IMG/VR virus record: IMGVR_UViG_3300017747_001290
Span: 1-25,127 of that record
Strand: one strand, 5' to 3'
Origin: a virus
Taxonomy: Duplodnaviria > Caudoviricetes
Length of the DNA: 25,127 nucleotides
In this document: one piece after another, positions 8,334 to 16,263 of the stretch
Layout of the letters: each line of letters begins with the position of its first letter
Numbering within the stretch: position 1 is the first letter of the stretch
Made by a program: the position numbers and the translations under genes
The notes under the pieces: generated by a model
Told to the model about the DNA's origin: nothing
The model's database searches: none
What the model saw: only the letters and a program-made list of their open reading frames with translations

Positions 8334-11300
8334 CATCAACCAACCCACGGATATCTTCCTGCGCCCCCCGAGGTGCTGCTTTCAATGTGCGCTCAATCCC
8401 GGTGCGCTGAGCCTCACGCAATGCCCTGGCATTACCACCCATAAAGTTCCTGATTTCGAGGGTAGTGCCACGGGTTGCTTCGTTCCAAGCGTTGACGGAA
8501 TTCAAGATATCGGATGCGCCTTGAGCATCGCCGCGCATGGTAGCCTTGATCCAAGCATGACGGAATCCGGCCACAGCTTCCTTCTGGTAGTCTGTCTCAC
8601 GGTTGGCGATACGTATTACATCATACTGCGCTGCGGCGCCAGCGGGATAGAAACCCAACAACCTAGCAGCAATGGTGCCCATACCCATCTCGTTGCTGAC
8701 GATATACCCACGACGGTCAACCACCGCACCGGACTGCGCGTAGGCATAGGCATCACCTATCAGACGAAGCGCCGTAACCGGAGATTCGCGGGCCACATCT
8801 TCCAGGTTCTTGGATGCTGAGAATGGGAATGTCAGCAGGTCACGGGCAGTCGTAGCCACACCGGAGATAAAACCAGCAGCCGGGCCAAGGATATCCGCAA
8901 GCTCACGCTTTGCGTCAGCCCCAGCAAGACCGACACCGGTACCTGGTATGATATTACCCAAACCAACACGAGAAGCGATGTCCGGGCCTCCGTGCATATT
9001 GACAAGGCCCTTGAAGAAAGGAGCAGACATACCTGGGAAAGACTCCTCGATATGCCGAATGATTGCACCTCGGATGCTACCCTGCCGGAACCCGAGTCCC
9101 TGCGCGATGGTGTCGATTATATCTTCCAAATCTTCCGCGAAGGGGAGCCCAGCCGCACCTGACATAAACCAGATAGCGGCCAGCATGGATAACTGGGCCG
9201 GGCGTGAAAGATTGGCCAGCAACTGAATAGTCGTGGTCGGGTAGGTCTTGTACATATAGATGAAGGAAGTGATCCCACCGCGCCATGCTGGCGGGCGGTT
9301 GAGAACCGAGTATTCACCCAACGTCAGGTCAATAGCCTTAACTGCGAAGTCCATGGCTTCCTGTTGTGCTTCCTTCGCTGACTTACCAGCAGCCATAGCC
9401 CGGTCACGTTGCAGGCGATAGCCAGCCAAGAAAGCTGCACGGCGCGCAGCCTGTTCAGTTAGGTTGAACGGAGACATCCACAGGTCAACAAAGTTGCGCG
9501 CCCACTTACTCGTTACCTGCCCACGTGATGTGGCGACCAGTGCGTTTGACTGAGCCGGGATCAGCTTACCTTCACGGATTTCAGACGCAATAGCCTGGGC
9601 TTCATCAACCGTCAGCTTATATTTCTTCTGAAGTGCAGGGTTCTTTGTAATCTCTGCTGCAACTTTATCATAATAGTCAGCACGGTTCATATCCATGCTG
9701 ACAATACCTTTATAGCCAACCTGATGAAGCGCAACGTGGTAGGATGCTATCACCTTACCAACACTAAAGCCCCCACCAAACCCGTTCTTGGCATTGAAGC
9801 TCGCCATGTACGGTATCCAGTTAGTCTCCGGGCTAAGAAGGTTAAGCGCACCCTGAGCAACGCTGGCACCAAGTTGCAGCATACTGGTAAACGCACGGAC
9901 CCGAGAAGCCACAGGGCCGGAACCCAGACCAACTGTATCATCCACGAGTGCGGTGCTCTCAAGATGATTGAGGGTGGATGCAGCTTGGTTATAGTACAGG
10001 TTTGCCCGTGAGTATGAGCTATCACTCCTTGGGTTGGTTTTGCGGTATTGGTACTGAGCCTGGGTAAGTTGCGACCTTGTGTACCGCTTTGCTTCATCAG
10101 ACGCATTGGGGTCAGCTTCGAGGCGGGCCATCTCAGCTTCCAACGCACGTACCCGCGCAGCGTTACCTTCCCACAATGCCCTTGATTCCGGCAGATCAAG
10201 GTTCATCAACTCACGGAGTTCCTGCCGCGTGGTAGCCTTAGCAATGATAGATGCCCGGCTCTCAATGTGCTTCGAGATGGCGAAGATACCAGAGGTCGGG
10301 TCGAAGCCCGGTGTCTGCGAGTAGTTAAGCCGTTGACGCGCACTGTTTTCTTGACGGGTAAGCGTGGTGACCAACCGCTCCATAACGGCTGGGTTCACGC
10401 TGATATTGAACAGGTTCATCCCGTACAGGAACTCTTGTAGATTGAGCTGCGGGTCAGCAGCCACGGCATCAAGCACGGCTCCAGTCGTAGCCCGCAAGGC
10501 TACCTTGGTGGGGACAAACTCACCAGCATCATTACGTACCAGAAGATCGAAGGTCTTACCTTGCAGCTCACTGTTAAATTTATCAGCCATATTCTCGGCT
10601 GCATTTCTGGTATCAAACTGAGAGTAAGTCAGCAGAGCTTGTTGTGCATCCTTCACCTCAACTGGCTTGTCACCAACGAACGCCTGGAGGCGCATTTGGT
10701 GGGTACCCTGACGCAATACCGGGACATAGCCGGTCATAGCCGAACGGCGCGCAATGCGGTCACGTGTGTTCAGGTTATGCTGGTTGAGGATGAGCTGCTT
10801 CACCTTATCCTGAAGCACAAACTTAGTGGCTTCTGGGAGTTCTTTGCGCCGGAATTTGAAGTCCATCAGGTTGTTGACGAAGGTGGTAGCGGCAGCATCA
10901 TTATCAAAGAACTCGCGCACATTGGCGTTGCGATCCGTGCGCTCCCCAATAAACGCGGCGTTTACCGCTGCCAAGAACTTGCTCGAATCCTCCATGGACT
11001 TAGGAGCGACGACGGTGTTACCCATATCATCAGTGGTGATATTCTTTGTATAGAGTGCCAAGGCATGACGAGCCAGGGAGTCAACGAAGCGGCGGTCAGC
11101 CGGTGTCAAACCACCCGACTTCATAAGCCCTTTGATTTCTTTGTTGGTCAGCCGCTTATTAGCTAGGAAACTGGCGTACTCAGCTTCAACAAGCTGCATT
11201 TCTACATCGAACATGGCCCGCAAAGAACGCTTATACAGCTCGTAATCCGCGTCAGAAAAGTCCTTCTGGGGTGCCACTGTTTGTTTCTCAGTGGTCATCT

Positions 11301-14300
11301 TCCCGTCAGTACCAAGAATCGCACGGTCGTAGCTATACCCATTGCGGATTTCATTTAGCGACAACAGCCCGGCATTGAATATCCGCTTCTGCTCAGCCTC
11401 GTTGGGTTTGAACTCACCGTTATCGTTGATGGTGAACAGCGGCTCCTTACCTATATCGGAGGCTTTGAACTTGCTGATCTTATAGCTACGACCATCGTAC
11501 ATGGTCCGTGAGAGTTTAGCTTTCGTGGCTTCCGAAGCGTTCAATACCGGAGCCAAGAACTCATTCATCCGCACTTTAACTGACATAGCAAGGCTGTTGG
11601 TCTTACCCATCAACCAATCGAAAGCGGAAAGGCCAGCGTTTTCCAATGCCCGGTAGTTCATAAGGCTAAGGAACTTAGCCTTAAGGCTATCAAAAATATC
11701 CGCGATATTGCCGCCCTGCCCCTGGATATCGTTCCAAGCATCAGTCCAACTGCGCGGCATCCCACCCATCTGGGTAAAGAACATGTTGACCTTGGCGCTT
11801 TCGCTCATCGCAGCCTTCGGGCTGAAGCGACCAGTGCCTGCGTCACCATACTCAACCGCATGTAGCCGGTTCATCACCGCTTGAGCATCGAAGGTCACAC
11901 CCTGACCACCGTTCCGTACGTAGCGGCGTGACTGATCAAGGAAGTAGCGCGTGGCGCTATCACCTGACTTGATACCAAGGCGATCAAGGAGGCCCTTGAT
12001 GGCGTTCCAAACGCGAGCCACGGTGCTGGTTTCAAGCATGGCCGCGTAGTCAGACAGGTATTCTTCGGTGGCTTCAGCTTTGGTCAGGCCGCGTTCTTCC
12101 ATGGCAGCATCAACCGCCAGCTTGGCGTATGAGTCTGTCTCATAGATGTTTTCCATAAGCGCATCGAAGCGCGCTTCCGGCATGATGCCGCGCATACCAA
12201 AGTGGCCGAAGGTTTCATGGGCCAGCACGAAGCGGAGGTGCTGCTCATTGGCGATGTTGTCAGTAAAGATAAGGACGTTGCCATCACCAAATGAGTAACC
12301 AGCGGCCTGAGCAGTAGCGAAGTCACCCTGCGGGCGGGCATCCATAGCCTGTCGATACAGAGCCGGGTTGCTGGTACGCAGAGCGTCCTGGTTACGGACC
12401 ACAGTTACATTTGGTTTGGTAGCCAGCTTCGACAGGAAGTTCTGCACAATCATCTGAGCGCGACCCGGAAGCATCTGCGTAGTGGGCTTACCGTCCATAT
12501 TAACCGTGCCCTGCCGGGTATTCCAGTCAGCTAGGGAGAAGCGACCAGTGGTCCTTGGTACCACCGGGCGGATGCCCGTGTTCGGATCGCGGGGGCCGAA
12601 ATTAAAGAACTCAGGCCCACCAACAATATAGTCACCTAACTTACCTGTACCATAGTCCGGGTTGGTTGACTTGATCCGCGCCCATGCTTGCGAAGCCTGT
12701 AAGCGCATAGAGGCAGTAAACTGAACCCCAGCGTTGACCTGTTCTATGATGTTACCAAGAGTGAGGAGATCATCGTTGAGCTGAACGACAGCGGCTTCCT
12801 CTTTGCCAAGGCGTTCTTGACGATCAATGACTTCAGCAGCCTTATAGTCAAAAGATTCCAGGCCAATTTCTTCGCTGAGATATTCTTTAGCATACTTCTT
12901 GGCAGCTTTAGTGCTGTCTGAGGACTTTGCCCAGCCGATAAGGGCCGCGATATTCCGAACCCGCTCCATGCCATAGGTGAGATTGATTTGTACGGCGATA
13001 GCCTGAGCTTCCTCAAGATCGGTTTTGGGTTGCACCTCAACCTGAGTTTCAGTGGTTGTCTCTGGGTTAAGGGCCTGAAGTGTAAGGCTCCGAACCCCTT
13101 CTGTAGCGCGCGGTTCTGGTGCAGGCTCAGGGGCAGCAGGCTGAGCAGCAACGGGTTCAGGGGCAACGGGAGCGGCAGGCGTTGTCGCCCGATCAATCTG
13201 AGCGTTAAGGTTAGCGGTTAGGTCAGCTTCAACCCTTGGGCCTGCGGATGGAGCCACCCTTTCTGCCGTTACGGGGGCGGCTGCTACTTCTAAAGGGCGG
13301 GGGACTGCCTCCGCAGCCGGTGCTACTTGGGTTTGCGCTTGCGCCCGGCCTTGGACAAGGCGATTGCGACCGCCTGTTTGACCGCCGCCGCCTTGTTTTT
13401 TGGTCTGCTGGAGCCGATCTTGCCCTTTGCTTGGTACCGGTCCACCAGCTCCTGTACGTTGGCTGACACCACCTTGTTCGACTTGCCTGACTTCAGGGGC
13501 ATTGGTTTGAGTCTCCTGTACGGTAGGGGCAGGGGTAGGTGTAGCATAGACTAGTTCATCGGCAGGGACATACGTTTCCCTACCTTCCAGTCCTATAACT
13601 TTCTGATACTTCCGCCCATCTGGGCTAGTTTGTGGTGCTTCAGGTAGCACCCTGACGGGGAAGTCATAGTCAGCACTACGCCATGTGGCCTCTACACCCT
13701 GTGCTGTTGCGGGGGCCGCAGGGGCGGTTGGCGCTACCAGGGGGGCGAGCGCGGGCGGAAGTTCTTGGGCAACAGCAGGCACCGCTGGCGCAGCAGGGGC
13801 TGTCTCAGCAATACGGTTAAGTTGGTTACGCAGTTGCTGCGTACCCGTTGTTGGCATCCGCTGCACGCGCGCGAGGAACGTAGCCGGGTCGTTGTTATAC
13901 CCAGCCAACACTTCATCCTGCTGTGCTTTTGTCAGAGCGTTGAATTGCTGCACTATGGAGCGGCGTGCGTTATCAGCGGGGCGGTTACGCCCAGTGACCA
14001 CGGCTTCAGCGTCCAACGTGAGTGGTTGCTGCATGGCTTGTTGGGCCAGGGCTGCTTCGTAATCTTGCTCAGCAGCGGTCATAGCCCGTGGTTGTGTAGC
14101 AGCCTGGGCCTGAGCCTGTTGAAGTTCCATCTGGCGACGAAGCGCCAGCAAACGATTACCAACCTCAGTCTGACCAAGCGTAACAGGCGCAGCAGTCTCC
14201 GGTACAGGGCGGCGCAGCCGCTCCATACCAGGGGTAACAAATGTCTCAGGCGCCAGGGTGGGGCGTGTCGGGAATACCTGCGGAGCAGGCATGGTAGGCC

Positions 14301-16251
14301 GCGCGCGAAGAGGTCCATACTGAGGGCCGGAAGGTGGAAGGGCTGTTACGGCACCAGCTAGGTTTGGATTAACCAGACTGGAAAGGAAACTTCCCTGCCC
14401 TGCCGGGGTTCTTACAGGCTCCGAACTGTACTCATACTCAGCCTGCATCAAATCTATACGAGCCTGACGCTTAGCATCATCTGATGTAGTTGGGTCAGCA
14501 TTAAGCCGATCAAGATTATCCCGAAGTTCCCGCACCTTAATGGCAGCAGCACTTTCCTCCATGCTGGGAGCCATGGTTGGAACCGGACCAGCCTGCCCAA
14601 ATAAATCGCCCTGACCCGCCGGGGTACTTTTGGGTATAGAGTTGTACTCGTATTCAGCCTGCATCAACGCTATACGCGCTTGGCGTATAGCTTCATCTGT
14701 CGTAGCGGGGTTAGCGTTAAGGCGCTCAAGGTTAGCCTGCAACTCCTGCACTTTGGCAGCAGCACTTTGTTCCGAAGCTCTATCAGACGCATAAGAAGGC
14801 GCCATACCGGGGAACATCTCATACTGCCCCCCTAGTGGTTGTGACTGTGGCGGTCTGCCGATATCTTGGCCCGGGAACATATCACTCTGCGTCCCGACTG
14901 GACCACCAACAGCAGTGGTTTGCGTCGAATCAAGCAGGTTGCGTTCACGACTACCGGGGCCGCTTGTTGCGATAAACTTACCAGCACCACCAAAACCACC
15001 GCCCAAGATGGCACCGGCACCGGCTGCAATGAGGGCATCCTCGCCATACTTCTCAACGATGTACGGACCCAGAGCTTTCCAATCCTGGGCACTAAGTTGC
15101 CGCCGAAACTCGGGGTCAAATAAAGCACGTTCAGCTAAGGTCTGAGTAACTTCCGTAGCAGCTTCTGCAAATGCCTCAAGACCAGCTTCCTTACCAACAG
15201 CTCTAGCCCGAGCCATACCCTGAAGGGCCTTTACTCCCGCTTCCTGAGCGGCTTCCTGCAACCCCCTGGATAGTACAAATGCAGCCCGACCAGGGGCGAT
15301 CACATCAAGCAGCGATGTAACCAGCGCAGCACTGGCAATGGTCAGTTTAGTCGATGGATCATTCACATCATAGGCAGGGCGACCCTGAGCATCCCTGGCG
15401 TCACGCGCTGCCTCATAGAATGTGTTGAGTTGCTGCGGAAAACTGGTTGCAGCCAAACCGGTGACGGCACCCCAAGTGCGGGCAGCAGCAAGAGCACGAC
15501 CAGCATTAGCCGCAGTCGCGGCGGCAGTAGCACCAGCAGCAGCTCCGGCAGGACCACCAATTGCACCACCAGCAATACCACCAACAATACCAGCGCCAAG
15601 AGACATACCTAATTGCGGTATCCCCTGGACGGCAGCGTCAAGGATATTGGACATCGTTGAGTTCGACTGCTGGATGAGGGCTGACCGTTGCTTGTCAAAC
15701 TCATCCTGGCCGGTGATAGCCTCACCGACATTGGCAATAGCTGGGCCAACACTGGTAGAACCCAACATCTCAAGGCCACGACCAACACCGCTGACCAACC
15801 CACCAACAGCACCACGCGCACCAAGCACAAGGTTCTCACCCACGCCCCTGGGAGCGCGCAGTTCTGACAGGTAGGCTTCATACCCAGCGCGGGAAAGCGG
15901 TTGCCAGTCGCGTACTTCTATGGGAGGGCGAGCATCACCAGCGGATGAGAATTGCTGCGCTGCCTGGAACGCTGACTGCACATCACGTGCGTCAAATGCC
16001 ATACCACCAGCGAACATCTTATCAGTAGATGGGCTGTAGAAAGCACCCACTGGTGCCTGTGTAGTACGTGGGGGAGGTGGTGGCGGTATAGTCGCAAGCA
16101 TCCCAGCCTGAATGTTCTGCTGTAAAGCATAAACATCAGCGGCAGAGGGGCCTAGGTTTTGTAACCCGGCCCCCGCCATCGGGCTTTCAGGCTGCGCCTC
16201 GATGCCAAGTGAGGTCCCTAGACCACCTTCTGTGTAGTATAATCCAGACAT
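8320..16251 (-). CDS. Giant internal virion/ejection protein of large polyvalent type (zincin-like metallopeptidase, PLxRFG-like and LPD-type C-terminal regions)
   Basis: 2643-aa ORF with GAGG Shine-Dalgarno. It has a Gly/Ala-rich hydrophobic N-terminal region, LAHETFGHFG plus downstream EE (zincin-like), GYVPVLRQG (PLxRFG-like) and a helical C-terminal region with a GLPF motif. It is the last gene of the virion operon. Confidence 0.85.
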   Translation of the reverse strand: MSGLYYTEGGLGTSLGIEAQPESPMAGAGLQNLGPSAADVYALQQNIQAGMLATIPPPPPPRTTQAPVGAFYSPSTDKMFAGGMAFDARDVQSAFQAAQQFSSAGDARPPIEVRDWQPLSRAGYEAYLSELRAPRGVGENLVLGARGAVGGLVSGVGRGLEMLGSTSVGPAIANVGEAITGQDEFDKQRSALIQQSNSTMSNILDAAVQGIPQLGMSLGAGIVGGIAGGAIGGPAGAAAGATAAATAANAGRALAAARTWGAVTGLAATSFPQQLNTFYEAARDARDAQGRPAYDVNDPSTKLTIASAALVTSLLDVIAPGRAAFVLSRGLQEAAQEAGVKALQGMARARAVGKEAGLEAFAEAATEVTQTLAERALFDPEFRRQLSAQDWKALGPYIVEKYGEDALIAAGAGAILGGGFGGAGKFIATSGPGSRERNLLDSTQTTAVGGPVGTQSDMFPGQDIGRPPQSQPLGGQYEMFPGMAPSYASDRASEQSAAAKVQELQANLERLNANPATTDEAIRQARIALMQAEYEYNSIPKSTPAGQGDLFGQAGPVPTMAPSMEESAAAIKVRELRDNLDRLNADPTTSDDAKRQARIDLMQAEYEYSSEPVRTPAGQGSFLSSLVNPNLAGAVTALPPSGPQYGPLRARPTMPAPQVFPTRPTLAPETFVTPGMERLRRPVPETAAPVTLGQTEVGNRLLALRRQMELQQAQAQAATQPRAMTAAEQDYEAALAQQAMQQPLTLDAEAVVTGRNRPADNARRSIVQQFNALTKAQQDEVLAGYNNDPATFLARVQRMPTTGTQQLRNQLNRIAETAPAAPAVPAVAQELPPALAPLVAPTAPAAPATAQGVEATWRSADYDFPVRVLPEAPQTSPDGRKYQKVIGLEGRETYVPADELVYATPTPAPTVQETQTNAPEVRQVEQGGVSQRTGAGGPVPSKGQDRLQQTKKQGGGGQTGGRNRLVQGRAQAQTQVAPAAEAVPRPLEVAAAPVTAERVAPSAGPRVEADLTANLNAQIDRATTPAAPVAPEPVAAQPAAPEPAPEPRATEGVRSLTLQALNPETTTETQVEVQPKTDLEEAQAIAVQINLTYGMERVRNIAALIGWAKSSDSTKAAKKYAKEYLSEEIGLESFDYKAAEVIDRQERLGKEEAAVVQLNDDLLTLGNIIEQVNAGVQFTASMRLQASQAWARIKSTNPDYGTGKLGDYIVGGPEFFNFGPRDPNTGIRPVVPRTTGRFSLADWNTRQGTVNMDGKPTTQMLPGRAQMIVQNFLSKLATKPNVTVVRNQDALRTSNPALYRQAMDARPQGDFATAQAAGYSFGDGNVLIFTDNIANEQHLRFVLAHETFGHFGMRGIMPEARFDALMENIYETDSYAKLAVDAAMEERGLTKAEATEEYLSDYAAMLETSTVARVWNAIKGLLDRLGIKSGDSATRYFLDQSRRYVRNGGQGVTFDAQAVMNRLHAVEYGDAGTGRFSPKAAMSESAKVNMFFTQMGGMPRSWTDAWNDIQGQGGNIADIFDSLKAKFLSLMNYRALENAGLSAFDWLMGKTNSLAMSVKVRMNEFLAPVLNASEATKAKLSRTMYDGRSYKISKFKASDIGKEPLFTINDNGEFKPNEAEQKRIFNAGLLSLNEIRNGYSYDRAILGTDGKMTTEKQTVAPQKDFSDADYELYKRSLRAMFDVEMQLVEAEYASFLANKRLTNKEIKGLMKSGGLTPADRRFVDSLARHALALYTKNITTDDMGNTVVAPKSMEDSSKFLAAVNAAFIGERTDRNANVREFFDNDAAATTFVNNLMDFKFRRKELPEATKFVLQDKVKQLILNQHNLNTRDRIARRSAMTGYVPVLRQGTHQMRLQAFVGDKPVEVKDAQQALLTYSQFDTRNAAENMADKFNSELQGKTFDLLVRNDAGEFVPTKVALRATTGAVLDAVAADPQLNLQEFLYGMNLFNISVNPAVMERLVTTLTRQENSARQRLNYSQTPGFDPTSGIFAISKHIESRASIIAKATTRQELRELMNLDLPESRALWEGNAARVRALEAEMARLEADPNASDEAKRYTRSQLTQAQYQYRKTNPRSDSSYSRANLYYNQAASTLNHLESTALVDDTVGLGSGPVASRVRAFTSMLQLGASVAQGALNLLSPETNWIPYMASFNAKNGFGGGFSVGKVIASYHVALHQVGYKGIVSMDMNRADYYDKVAAEITKNPALQKKYKLTVDEAQAIASEIREGKLIPAQSNALVATSRGQVTSKWARNFVDLWMSPFNLTEQAARRAAFLAGYRLQRDRAMAAGKSAKEAQQEAMDFAVKAIDLTLGEYSVLNRPPAWRGGITSFIYMYKTYPTTTIQLLANLSRPAQLSMLAAIWFMSGAAGLPFAEDLEDIIDTIAQGLGFRQGSIRGAIIRHIEESFPGMSAPFFKGLVNMHGGPDIASRVGLGNIIPGTGVGLAGADAKRELADILGPAAGFISGVATTARDLLTFPFSASKNLEDVARESPVTALRLIGDAYAYAQSGAVVDRRGYIVSNEMGMGTIAARLLGFYPAGAAAQYDVIRIANRETDYQKEAVAGFRHAWIKATMRGDAQGASDILNSVNAWNEATRGTTLEIRNFMGGNARALREAQRTGIERTLKAAPRGAQEDIRGLVDALTE
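13323..13502 (-). CDS. Nested small basic protein (59 aa), DUF6496-like, in the +1 frame of the giant gene
   Basis: MPLKSGKSNKVVSANVQELVDRYQAKGKIGSSRPKNKAAAVKQAVAIALSKAGRKRKPK. AGGAG lies 10 nt upstream of the ATG. The MPLK.G.S...KQAVAIALSKAG signature is recalled from a widespread family of small phage proteins. Confidence 0.75.
   Translation of the reverse strand: MPLKSGKSNKVVSANVQELVDRYQAKGKIGSSRPKNKAAAVKQAVAIALSKAGRKRKPK
14383..14775 (-). repeat. Tandem duplication of an approximately 60-aa helical unit within the giant protein
   Basis: SAAAKVQELQANLERLNANPATTDEAIRQARIALMQAEYEYNSIPKSTPAGQGDLF versus SAAAIKVRELRDNLDRLNADPTTSDDAKRQARIDLMQAEYEYSSEPVRTPAGQGSFL. Confidence 0.9.
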
Positions 16252-16263
16252 AGCAGCCTCACT

